The translations under genes were made by a program, and so were the position numbers. A stretch of 60,442 nucleotides of DNA, taken from assembly GCA_945865625.1 (NCBI GenBank), contig CAMBFD010000005.1:1-60442 (forward strand), given 5' to 3'. Of the stretch, positions 18,023 through 27,203 are shown one piece after another. Below the pieces are notes generated by a model. The model was not told the DNA's origin. It did no database searches and saw only the letters and a program-made list of their open reading frames with translations. Source of the stretch: Chitinophaga pinensis. Its GTDB lineage: Bacteria > Bacteroidota > Bacteroidia > NS11-12g > UBA955. The first letter of the stretch is position 1. Every line of letters starts with the position of its first letter.

Positions 18023-18730
18023 TTAGAAAATGAATGAAAATTCCAATGAGCCGGTTCCAATAAATTTACCGGTTCCTGTTTTTGGCAATAAATCGTATTC
18101 AATGCCTGAATCTGGATCAACGGTCACCAATTTAAAATTGTCGTTGAGGTTATTCAATCCCACTTTAAAGGCAATTTGATACCCAAATCCCTCCTCTTTA
18201 TGCTGGTAACCAACAATTCCGCTGATTTCGAAATTAGATAAAGGTAGATTTTGCCATTTTTTCATGTAGACTTGATTTTGAGCAGGAATTTGGCCTGAAC
18301 CTATATAAACCACAGACCTTAAAATATAACTCGGTTGAATGCCTAACATAATATGATTAACCTTCTCTCGAGAATATTTCCCAGTTAAAATGAGCAAGTT
18401 CAATGGAACATCCACTGAAATCAAACCTATGCGGGTATAAGCACGGTTCGAAAAACTGTCGTTAACGTTATTAAAATTACTTCCGCGAAGTCTTAAATCG
18501 AGACCCGTTTGGTAATTGATTTTCTTTTTATCGAGTTTACTATGGAAATAAACACCTGCCACATAGCCCAAAAGAGCAGTCGGGTTGTGGAGTTCTCCGC
18601 CGAACATAGTAGAAGCTGAAATTCCAAGTTTCATCCCAAAATTGGTACTTTTCTCGTAATCTGCATCTGAATTTTGACCATTCAATTGAAGGGCAAAAAC
18701 CAACGCAACTAAGAATGCCTTTATTTTCAT
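18023..18730 (-). CDS. outer-membrane beta-barrel protein (PorT/porin-like family)
   Basis: 235 aa. Signal peptide MKIKAFLVALVFALQLNGQ and C-terminal ...SLEFSFIF ending in Phe. Its ATG overlaps the upstream hscA-like TGA stop (ATGA). Confidence 0.7.
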   Translation of the reverse strand: MKIKAFLVALVFALQLNGQNSDADYEKSTNFGMKLGISASTMFGGELHNPTALLGYVAGVYFHSKLDKKKINYQTGLDLRLRGSNFNNVNDSFSNRAYTRIGLISVDVPLNLLILTGKYSREKVNHIMLGIQPSYILRSVVYIGSGQIPAQNQVYMKKWQNLPLSNFEISGIVGYQHKEEGFGYQIAFKVGLNNLNDNFKLVTVDPDSGIEYDLLPKTGTGKFIGTGSLEFSFIF

Positions 18731-20601
18731 AACTCTTGAATTTTGTTTCCTTTAAGTGCTGCCGACACTGCCACATCCATTACCCTTTCGGCAAATGGAC
18801 GGGTGTAATCATTTAACGCTTCAACCCCAGACAATATTTCATTTCTGTTGTTTGAAGATAATAGACCCTTTAAGGCATCAATTCGTTGTTTGGTTCCTAA
18901 AATTTCATCTTCAGAGAGCAATTCACCATGTTTGGTTAAAAATCTTTCAGCGTTATATATCAGTTGATTGGCTTCATTCACCGCCTCTTGCTCCAACCGC
19001 AACTCAATGTCTTGCTGTGCGTTAATCAAACCACTTTCGAGCATTCTTTCAACTTCAGAATCGGTTAATCCGTTGGCCGGAAGAATTTCAACTTCTTGGG
19101 CAATTCCGCTTCGCAATTCTTTTGCAGCCACTTTTAAAACACCGTCGGAATTGAGGGCAAACTGAATTTCAATTTTAGGGAACCCTGCTGGCATTGCCGG
19201 AATGTTCTTTAAAATAAATTCTCCCAACTTACGATTTTGCGTCACCATTTCTCTTTCACCTTGAAAAACGGCAATTTTCATGTTGATTTGTCCATCAACA
19301 GAGGTGGTATATTCACGGCCAACGCGGGTTGGAATTTTAGAATTTCTTGGAATGAGAACATCCATGAGTTCGCCGGCGGTTTCAATGCCTAGCGACAATG
19401 GGGTTACATCGAGCAAGAGAATGTCTTTGCGATTCCCAGCCAAAATATCGGCTTCTACGGCTGCGCCAAGGGCAACAACTTCATCGGGATTGATTTGGTT
19501 GTTGATATGAACGTTTGGAAACTTTGAACTGAGTTGGTTGTAAATTTCGGGGAATCTGGTGCTGCCGCCAACGAGCACAATTTCATCGATTTGAGATGGT
19601 TGTAACTTTGCATCCCAAAGAGATAAGTCAACTGATTTCATTGTTTTGGCAATAATTTCAGCAGAAATTTCAATGAGTGTTATGTAATCAATATAGGTAT
19701 TTAATTCGATATTTCCAAATTTGAGGGACTTTTCAAAGGGAATGTGGGGGTTGTTTGAGATTTCAATTTTTGCATTTTCTGCAAAAAGACGGAGTTCTTG
19801 GATCTGATTTTTGTTGAGAATTTCGAGATCGATCCCGTTTTGCAACAACCAATGTTGCACAATTTGTTTGTCGATATCGTCACCACCGAGGTAGGTATCG
19901 CCGTGGGTTGCAATGACTTCAAAAACACCTTGTTCGAGTTTCAAGATGGAAACGTCGAAAGTACCTCCGCCAAAATCGTAGACCAAAATGGTTTTATCGG
20001 CATCGGTTAAATTCATTCCGTAGGCCAAACTTGCGGCGGTTGGTTCATTGACAATGCGCAACACATCGAGGCCGGCCAATTTGCCGGCATCTTTGGTGGC
20101 TTGACGTTGAGAATCGTTAAAATAAGCGGGAACAGTGATGACTGCTTTGTCTACAGTTGCATTCAAAAACGATTCTGCTTTGTCTTTGAGTTCTCTTAAA
20201 ATAATGGCACTGAGTTGAATTGGGTTGAAGTAATGTCCCCCTACATTCACTTTCACCATATTTTCTTGATCGTCGTGAATGATTTTATATCCTAGATAAT
20301 CGGTTTGCCCTTTTAAATCTCCAAAATTTTTGCCTAACAAACGTTTCACAGAAAAAATGGTTCTTTCTGGATGATCGGCAATTTGTTTTTTTGCTTGATT
20401 TCCAACTATTGGCAGGTTATTTTCATCGAAGTAAACAACAGAAGGCACAATGAAATCATTATTTTCACCAACTAAAACTGGTTTTGAGGGATTTGATTCG
20501 TTGTAGGCAACCAAAGAATTGGTTGTGCCTAAATCTATACCCACAACCACGTTGCGTTTTTCGATAGAACCTGAAGCAATATTGATACTAATTTTAGCCA
20601 T
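18727..20601 (-). CDS. hscA: Hsp70-family chaperone, HscA-type
   Basis: 624 aa. GIDLGTTNSLVAY (the HscA-style variant of the DnaK phosphate-1 motif), and C-terminal ...FAERVMDVAVSAALKGNKIQEL resembling the E. coli HscA C-terminus as I recall it. Confidence 0.8.
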   Translation of the reverse strand: MAKISINIASGSIEKRNVVVGIDLGTTNSLVAYNESNPSKPVLVGENNDFIVPSVVYFDENNLPIVGNQAKKQIADHPERTIFSVKRLLGKNFGDLKGQTDYLGYKIIHDDQENMVKVNVGGHYFNPIQLSAIILRELKDKAESFLNATVDKAVITVPAYFNDSQRQATKDAGKLAGLDVLRIVNEPTAASLAYGMNLTDADKTILVYDFGGGTFDVSILKLEQGVFEVIATHGDTYLGGDDIDKQIVQHWLLQNGIDLEILNKNQIQELRLFAENAKIEISNNPHIPFEKSLKFGNIELNTYIDYITLIEISAEIIAKTMKSVDLSLWDAKLQPSQIDEIVLVGGSTRFPEIYNQLSSKFPNVHINNQINPDEVVALGAAVEADILAGNRKDILLLDVTPLSLGIETAGELMDVLIPRNSKIPTRVGREYTTSVDGQINMKIAVFQGEREMVTQNRKLGEFILKNIPAMPAGFPKIEIQFALNSDGVLKVAAKELRSGIAQEVEILPANGLTDSEVERMLESGLINAQQDIELRLEQEAVNEANQLIYNAERFLTKHGELLSEDEILGTKQRIDALKGLLSSNNRNEILSGVEALNDYTRPFAERVMDVAVSAALKGNKIQEL

Positions 20602-20638
20602 GTTTTGAGAATTGTCTGATGAAAGAACAATTGTGCCA

Positions 20639-20646
20639 CAAAGTTA
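20639..20646 (-). promoter_or_regulatory. -7 promoter box for the hscA-like / beta-barrel operon
   Basis: The minus strand reads TAACTTTG, 37 nt upstream of ATG 20601. Confidence 0.4.
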
Positions 20647-20757
20647 GTTTGTATTTAGAATGATTCAAAAAAACCTTTTTGAGGCGAATGACAAAATAAT
20701 GACATTTTATGACCTTAAGTTTACAAATGAAAGAAAGGTTCAGAAAGGATAATATTG

Positions 20758-20765
20758 TACTTTTG
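20758..20765 (+). promoter_or_regulatory. -7 promoter box for the HmuY-like / TonB-dependent receptor locus
   Basis: TACTTTTG. There are 14 nt between the box and ATG 20780, or 23 nt to ATG 20789. Confidence 0.45.
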
Positions 20766-20779
20766 TCGCACTAAATCAG

Positions 20780-22099
20780 ATGTACGAGATGAAAATAAAA
20801 TCACTATTTACAACAGCAGCCCTATTTGTATTTGGCGCTGCAAATGCACAAACAGTTGTTACAGATACTATTGTAATGGGAGCTGGTTTTGCAAATCAAG
20901 TTTTTTATAGTTTGCAAACGAGCAATAAAAAAGCGAACCCAATGGGAAGCTGGCACATTGCGCACACAAGCAACACCCGCGACAATTGCATTCGTGCAAA
21001 TCATGCAGCAGGTGTAAACGTTTATGCTTATCCTAAAGGCGATAATTCTGCGTATGCAAATTTTGACACTACGGGTTGGGCAAAATGGCCAACTTTTATG
21101 AACGACATTCACAAGCATGAGGTTGGTGCATTCAACCAGCAATTGAACAAAAATAACCCTTGGGATTTCTCTTGGGGAGTTTACGATGCAGGAAGTCACA
21201 CAGTTGTAGGTGATTCTTTATATTTAATTACGTTATCGAGCGCAGGAAAAGTTGTGGCATTCATTAAATTTATGCCAGTTGCACAATATCCGAATGGTGA
21301 TTTCTCATTCCGTTATGATATTGTCGGTGGATCAAAAGATTTCGCTTTAATTGATACTTTGAAACAATCAGCTGCGAACAAAGGCACTTATAAATATTTC
21401 CATTTTACAAACAAACAAGTGACCCTTGAGCCAACTGATGGCAATTGGGATTTAAACTTCACACGATATTACGAGCCAAGATTCAATGGTACTTCATTTG
21501 CTCCATATTTGGTTGTGGGCGCTGAATCAAGAGTGGGTTCTAAAATTGCGAAAATTGAAATGGTTACTTGGGATGACCTCAAAGCGAGTCCTTTAACCTA
21601 TCATAACCAAGCGCTAGACACCACCGGCGGCGAAGGCTACAGAGTTGACTTAACCAGAATTGGTTCTAAATGGAAAACTTTTAATGGTGCAACTTATGAC
21701 ATGGTTCAGGACTTAAACTATTTGGTTCAATCGTCTGATTCTAATGTTTATGGTGTTCAATTCACTAATTTTGTTGGCCTTTCTTCAGGCAGAATTATTT
21801 TAAATAAATCTCAATTACTTTCAAAATTAATTGGATCTACCAAAGTCATTGCTAAAAATAACCAAGTTGTGATTTATCCTGTACCAGCTCAAAATCAGTT
21901 ATATATCAAACCACTTGAAAACATTGCAATTCAAACCATTTCGATCAGAACTTTAGACGGTCGTATGGTGAAAAACGCAAGCAATATCAACATCACCGAC
22001 GTTGCACTATTAAATATTTCAGATTTAACAGCTGGACAATACATTGTTGAAGTGAAAACTTCGAACGGTATCCAAAATCAAATCATTTCTAAAAATTAA
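20780..22099 (+). CDS. HmuY-like protein with a T9SS C-terminal sorting domain
   Basis: 439 aa. The signal peptide probably starts at ATG 20789 (MKIKSLFTTAALFVFGAANAQ). Motifs SWHIAH and NWDLNFTRY are shared with the downstream paralogue. The C-terminal VIYPVPAQNQLYI...GQYIVEVKT is a classic type-A CTD. Confidence 0.6.
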   Translation: MYEMKIKSLFTTAALFVFGAANAQTVVTDTIVMGAGFANQVFYSLQTSNKKANPMGSWHIAHTSNTRDNCIRANHAAGVNVYAYPKGDNSAYANFDTTGWAKWPTFMNDIHKHEVGAFNQQLNKNNPWDFSWGVYDAGSHTVVGDSLYLITLSSAGKVVAFIKFMPVAQYPNGDFSFRYDIVGGSKDFALIDTLKQSAANKGTYKYFHFTNKQVTLEPTDGNWDLNFTRYYEPRFNGTSFAPYLVVGAESRVGSKIAKIEMVTWDDLKASPLTYHNQALDTTGGEGYRVDLTRIGSKWKTFNGATYDMVQDLNYLVQSSDSNVYGVQFTNFVGLSSGRIILNKSQLLSKLIGSTKVIAKNNQVVIYPVPAQNQLYIKPLENIAIQTISIRTLDGRMVKNASNINITDVALLNISDLTAGQYIVEVKTSNGIQNQIISKN

Positions 22100-22115
22100 T
22101 TTAAGGTAGACTACC

Positions 22116-24386
22116 TTGAAAAAAGCATTTTTCATTTCCTTTATATTTTGTTTAACCGCGAATTTATTTTCGCAAACTATCAAGAGGGTTTTGTTGGTTG
22201 TAGACCAACAAAACTCGCCCTTGATGGGAATTAAAATTGATCTCATTGAAAAAGATCAATTTGGAAATGATTTAAGCAAAACAACAAAAACCACCGATAA
22301 CAACGGTCAAATTACAACCAATAGTACAAACGATATTTATATAATCCTAAGTGCTCAATTTGGGGAAATATCAAACTTAATAAATCCTTGGAAAGCTCAA
22401 ATGGAAGAGCTAACGGTAACAGTTACAACCGACATTAATAAAATCAATCCAATTTCTATTACTGGATCTTTAACCCCAAAGGCAGCCACACAAAATCCTT
22501 ATTCGGTGGAAGTGATTACACAAAAAACCATCTCGGCCATGGGGGCACAAACGCTGAACGATGTCCTTCAAAATCAATCAAACATCCAATTAAGCCAAGA
22601 TCCTATTTTAGGAAACTCAATACAATTACAAGGTCTGAGCGGTCAGAATGTAAAAATTCTCATCAATGGCGTTCCAATGATAGGCCGTTTGAACGGCAAT
22701 CTTGATATTTCTCAAATTCCATTGAGCAATGTAGAGCGCATAGAGGTTATAGAAGGCCCTATGAGTGTGGTTTACGGTTCCGATGCCATTGGTGGCGTTG
22801 TGAACATTATCACTAAAAAACCGATTAAAAACACCAATAAATTACAACTCAACAACTTCATGGATGGAGTTGGCAATGTAAATAACGATCTTAATTTCCA
22901 GCTAGGAAGCTTAACAAAAAACGTAGCAATTGGTATCACCGGCGATTTAGGTCGTCAGTTTTATTCAGGCACCGATTTTAACTTGGCGACGCGCTCTTAC
23001 GACTGGAAACCAAAAACAAAAGTATTTGGTTCAGTGGGATTGAGCTACAATTTGAAAAAATCGTCGCACACCCTCAAAACCACTTATTTCAACGAAAAGC
23101 TCACCGACAGAACCGATGCCGAATACAATTTAATTGCGGTAACAGGCTATAACAATTATTTTTATACCAAGAGAATTGATTTCTTGCTGTTATCCGATTT
23201 CACTTTAAACAAAAGCAATAAACTTCAATTCCAAAACAGTTATAATATTTTCACGCGCACCAAACAAATGATCAGGAGAGATTTGGTGGAGGGAATTGAA
23301 ACCATAACAAGACCAGCAGACCAAGATACCACTGTGAATGAGCAGATTAACATGCGCGGGCTGTGGAGTAAGTTAAGTACAAATAAAAAATTCGACTGGC
23401 TAACAGGGTACGAATTTCAATACGAGAACATCAAAACTTTGCGGGTTTCGCAAAAAGATGGCATCTATGATTTTGCAGTTTTCACAACTGTAGATTATAG
23501 TCCTTCGGCTAAAATCCAGATCAAACCTTCATTGCGTTTCATCTATAACAATCAGTTTGGTAAAAATCCATTCCCAGAATTTTTAGGCAATGGGTTTAAA
23601 TTGGCACCTATGATTCCATCCCTCCAAATCAAATACAATGCATCTAAATATCTCATTTTTAGAGGATCATACGCCAGAGGATTTAGGGCACCTACACTTA
23701 AAGAACTTTATTTCTTGTTTGTAGACATCAACCACAACGTTCAAGGGAATCAAAGTTTAGGCACAGAAACGGCGCATAATTTTATTGGATCGATGGATTA
23801 CCGACACATTATTGGGAAAAATGCGGCTGCCACATTTAAGTTGTCGTATTTTAAAAATTTCATTACCAATCAAATTCAATTGGCACTCATTGACAATCGC
23901 ACAAATCTTTATCAATATATTAACGTTGGAAAAATGAATTCGCAAGGAATCACCACGCAAACGGAATATTTTAGAAATCAATTTCAATTTAAAGTGAGTG
24001 CATCTTGGATCAACAACCAAAGCAAGAGCGAGAACATCGGAAATTGGAAAATATGGAATGTGGTTCAAACAAGTTTCAATGTTTCGTATAAATTAAAACA
24101 ACCTGGCATTTCTATTCAAATTTTCAGCCGATACACGGGTCAAAATTATGGATTTGAGGAAAATGGAAAAACTTTTGAAATTGCACCATATTATTTGGCG
24201 GATTTAAGCCTAAATAAAACATTCTTCAATGATAAACTAGACATTCAATTGGGGTATAAAAATGTGATGGATGTGAAACAAATTCAATCGTCGGCAACAA
24301 CTGGCGCAGTGCATGGTGGTGGTAGTGGTAACATGAATATTTCTGCGGGAAGAAACTTTTTTGTTCAATGTAGATTAACTTTGTAG
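22116..24386 (+). CDS. TonB-dependent receptor with an N-terminal carboxypeptidase-regulatory-like domain
   Basis: 756 aa with a TTG start. Plug-domain motifs (NVERIEVIEGPMSVVYGSDAIGGVVNIITKKP) are followed by a long beta-barrel. Confidence 0.9.
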   Translation: MKKAFFISFIFCLTANLFSQTIKRVLLVVDQQNSPLMGIKIDLIEKDQFGNDLSKTTKTTDNNGQITTNSTNDIYIILSAQFGEISNLINPWKAQMEELTVTVTTDINKINPISITGSLTPKAATQNPYSVEVITQKTISAMGAQTLNDVLQNQSNIQLSQDPILGNSIQLQGLSGQNVKILINGVPMIGRLNGNLDISQIPLSNVERIEVIEGPMSVVYGSDAIGGVVNIITKKPIKNTNKLQLNNFMDGVGNVNNDLNFQLGSLTKNVAIGITGDLGRQFYSGTDFNLATRSYDWKPKTKVFGSVGLSYNLKKSSHTLKTTYFNEKLTDRTDAEYNLIAVTGYNNYFYTKRIDFLLLSDFTLNKSNKLQFQNSYNIFTRTKQMIRRDLVEGIETITRPADQDTTVNEQINMRGLWSKLSTNKKFDWLTGYEFQYENIKTLRVSQKDGIYDFAVFTTVDYSPSAKIQIKPSLRFIYNNQFGKNPFPEFLGNGFKLAPMIPSLQIKYNASKYLIFRGSYARGFRAPTLKELYFLFVDINHNVQGNQSLGTETAHNFIGSMDYRHIIGKNAAATFKLSYFKNFITNQIQLALIDNRTNLYQYINVGKMNSQGITTQTEYFRNQFQFKVSASWINNQSKSENIGNWKIWNVVQTSFNVSYKLKQPGISIQIFSRYTGQNYGFEENGKTFEIAPYYLADLSLNKTFFNDKLDIQLGYKNVMDVKQIQSSATTGAVHGGGSGNMNISAGRNFFVQCRLTL

Positions 24387-24388
24387 AG

Positions 24389-25408
24389 GTGAAAGTGAAA
24401 AATCAAATAGTATTGATGTTGATAGCGGTGTTAGGACTGGCGTCGTGTGAAAAAGAAGAAGCGCTTTATCCCAAACCGAATGTTCCTGTAGGCATTCAAA
24501 CTCAAACTTTTGCGATGGGTGAGAATTATGAAAACCAACTTTGGTTTGATTTTGAAACTCAGAAAACGTACAGCAATCAATTTGGGAATTGGGACATTGC
24601 TGTCTCATGCCAAGATGACCCATCAATCATCATTTGCGGCGGTAAAAATTCGTATTTTTCTGTTTGCGAAATCCAAGGGATTTCATTTAACGATGTCTCA
24701 CCACTTCATTTAAACAATGCGGTTTGGAGATTTGACCATCCAAATGGGAGGATTGATTCGAGTGCTTTTGGCAACTGTTTTAAAAAAACGGTTGATGGAT
24801 ATAATGGTAAAAACGCCATTTACATTTTAGACCGTGGAACAGATACACTTAAAAATTACCGTTACATAAAAATTCAACTTCTAGGCGTTAAAGGTGGGGC
24901 TTACCAATTCAAATGGGGCTATTTAAGCATGCCAAATTTAGCTTACCTCACTCAAATTGAAACCAAACCAGAATTTAATTATGTGTATTATTCTTTTGGC
25001 AAGAAGGACACCGTTTCCAACGAACCAATAAAAAGTACCAACTGGGATTTGGTGTTTACTACCTATAAAGAAACCATTGATGATGCGAATGGAAATCCAT
25101 ACCCATACGTCATACGTGGTGCACTCACAAACCATAAAAACATACAAGTTTGCCAAATAGATAACGGAATAACATACAATGGTTGCGACAAATCATTTGC
25201 TGAAAAACAAACTTTCAACTACAATGCCGACGAGATTGGCTACGACTGGAAAGAATATAACCAACAAAGCAGTAAATACACCATTTTACCAAATCGATTT
25301 TATATCATTAAAACGGCAACCAACCAATATTTCAAAATGAAATTCGTAGATTTTTACGATGATCAAGGCCGTAAAGGCAATCCGAAAATGGCTTGGCAGT
25401 TACTTTAA
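24389..25408 (+). CDS. HmuY-like lipoprotein
   Basis: 339 aa with a GTG start and lipobox LGLASC. Motifs NWDIAVS and NWDLVFTTY parallel those of the 20780 ORF. Lies immediately downstream of the TonB-dependent receptor. Confidence 0.6.
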   Translation: MKVKNQIVLMLIAVLGLASCEKEEALYPKPNVPVGIQTQTFAMGENYENQLWFDFETQKTYSNQFGNWDIAVSCQDDPSIIICGGKNSYFSVCEIQGISFNDVSPLHLNNAVWRFDHPNGRIDSSAFGNCFKKTVDGYNGKNAIYILDRGTDTLKNYRYIKIQLLGVKGGAYQFKWGYLSMPNLAYLTQIETKPEFNYVYYSFGKKDTVSNEPIKSTNWDLVFTTYKETIDDANGNPYPYVIRGALTNHKNIQVCQIDNGITYNGCDKSFAEKQTFNYNADEIGYDWKEYNQQSSKYTILPNRFYIIKTATNQYFKMKFVDFYDDQGRKGNPKMAWQLL

Positions 25409-25428
25409 GTTTCAACAAATTTGCACAC

Positions 25429-26505
25429 ATGAAAAAAATATTTTTCGCAGTAATTGCATTAATCTTTGCGTTGGATGCAAATGCTCAAACCCCCGCTTCC
25501 CAAACATCCAATCAAGTTGATACAATGCCAGAAAAGCATTTGAAAAATTTGACACAACTTACTTTTGGTGGAGATAATGCTGAAGCATACTTTAGTTTCG
25601 ACAATCAATCATTGGTATTCCAAAGTAACTATAAAAAATGGGGTGTGAATTGCGATCAAATATTTTTCAGTAGAATCGACAGTTTTAAAGGTGGCAACTA
25701 CAAGCCGAAAATGTTGAGCACTGGATTAGGCAGAACGACTTGCTCTTATTACATGCCCGACAATAAGCACATGCTTTATGCAAGCACCCATTTAGGAAAC
25801 AATGCTTGTCCTCCAGTTCCTGAAACCTCAGGCGCTTATTTATGGCCGGTTTATGCCGATTTCGACATCTTTGTGGCCGACGAAAACAGCAACATCCAAA
25901 AACAATTAACCAAAGAACCTGGTTACGATGCAGAGGCAACTGTTTCTCCAGATGGAAGATCGATTGTATTTACAAGCACCCGCAGTGGGGATTTAGAATT
26001 GTGGATGATGGACATTGATGGGTCAAATCCACGTCAAATTACCTTTGGACTTGGTTACGACGGTGGTGCATTTTTCTCTCCAGACAGCAAGAAATTGGTT
26101 TTTAGAGCTTCTAGACCCAGCACACCTGAAGAAATTACTCAATACAAAGATTTATTGTCTCGCAATTTAGTTGCACCAACCAACATGGAAATTTACACTG
26201 TAAATGTTGATGGTACCGATTTAAAACAAATTACAAAGTTAGGCAAAGCCAATTGGGCGCCATTCTTCCACCCTAAGGGCAATAAAATTATTTTTTCGAG
26301 CAATCACCATAGTAAGCGAGGTTACGATTTTCAGCTGTATATGATTGACATTCAATCAGGAAATTTAGAGAGAATTACGAATGCAAGTATTTTCAATGCA
26401 TTTCCAATGTTTTCACCGGATGGTAAAAAATTGGTCTTCAGCAGCAATAGAAACAATGGTGGCACGCGTGATACGAATTTATTCATTTCAGATTGGGTTG
26501 ATTGA
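25429..26505 (+). CDS. PD40/TolB-like beta-propeller repeat protein, secreted
   Basis: Starts at ATG 25429 (MKKIFFAVIALIFALDANAQ). Repeated SPDG/SPDS blades: VSPDGRSIVFTS, FSPDSKKLVFRAS, FSPDGKKLVFSSN. Confidence 0.8.
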   Translation: MKKIFFAVIALIFALDANAQTPASQTSNQVDTMPEKHLKNLTQLTFGGDNAEAYFSFDNQSLVFQSNYKKWGVNCDQIFFSRIDSFKGGNYKPKMLSTGLGRTTCSYYMPDNKHMLYASTHLGNNACPPVPETSGAYLWPVYADFDIFVADENSNIQKQLTKEPGYDAEATVSPDGRSIVFTSTRSGDLELWMMDIDGSNPRQITFGLGYDGGAFFSPDSKKLVFRASRPSTPEEITQYKDLLSRNLVAPTNMEIYTVNVDGTDLKQITKLGKANWAPFFHPKGNKIIFSSNHHSKRGYDFQLYMIDIQSGNLERITNASIFNAFPMFSPDGKKLVFSSNRNNGGTRDTNLFISDWVD

Positions 26506-27203
26506 TGCTCCTTAAATCGCAGGCACTCATTCTCAAAAAGATTCCCTACACCGATCACGCTTCGGTGGTTACAATGTACACAAGGGAAATTGGGTTGCAG
26601 CGTTTTTTAGTGCAGGGACTTCATAAGAAGGACAATAAAAATGCCTACTATCAATTGGGAAATACCGTTGAAATTATTTTTAACTTAAAAGTCAATCCTG
26701 GCTTATTGAGAATCAAAGAAATTTCGTCGTTGGGGCAAAATGTGGCTTACGATTCATTTGCCATTCAACAGATAAAATGGTTTTACCTCGAAATCATTGG
26801 TCTTTGCATTCACGAAGACCATTCCGACCCTACCCTTTTTGATTATATTTTCAACCATTTCCAACAGTTAGAGCCCTCCAATAATTTGGTTTATTTACCC
26901 ATTGCATTTTTAATTGGTCTGGGCATGCAACTTGGATACGAGATAGATTGGCACTCAGGACTCACTAAATCAATTGATTTAACAACGGGACAGCCTAGCA
27001 ACCCATCAACACCCAATCACTTTAAAACGGACGTTTGGATGAATCAGGCAATTTACACAATCACCCAAGGGAATATCCCTCAATTAAATAAAACAGAAAG
27101 AAGAAAGATTGTAGACAAGCTTACATATCATTTGCAACATCATTTATTTCCTCAAAAACAATTGAAATCATTGGAAATTTTTGATTTATTGAATGCCGAT
27201 TAA
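26505..27203 (+). CDS. recO: DNA repair protein RecO
   Basis: About 232 aa from ATG 26505 (MLLKSQALILKKIPYTDHASVV...). The N-terminal OB-fold pattern is RecO-like. TGATG overlap with the upstream stop. Confidence 0.75.
   Translation: MLLKSQALILKKIPYTDHASVVTMYTREIGLQRFLVQGLHKKDNKNAYYQLGNTVEIIFNLKVNPGLLRIKEISSLGQNVAYDSFAIQQIKWFYLEIIGLCIHEDHSDPTLFDYIFNHFQQLEPSNNLVYLPIAFLIGLGMQLGYEIDWHSGLTKSIDLTTGQPSNPSTPNHFKTDVWMNQAIYTITQGNIPQLNKTERRKIVDKLTYHLQHHLFPQKQLKSLEIFDLLNAD

Noticed and set aside
20602-20779. 178-bp AT-rich divergent intergenic region, considered as a replication origin or riboswitch
   Set aside because: Gene orientation diverges here, but I see no clustered DnaA boxes (TTATCCACA-like) and no GC-rich conserved riboswitch core such as a B12 box. 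It is better explained as two back-to-back promoters, since -7 boxes are found for both directions.
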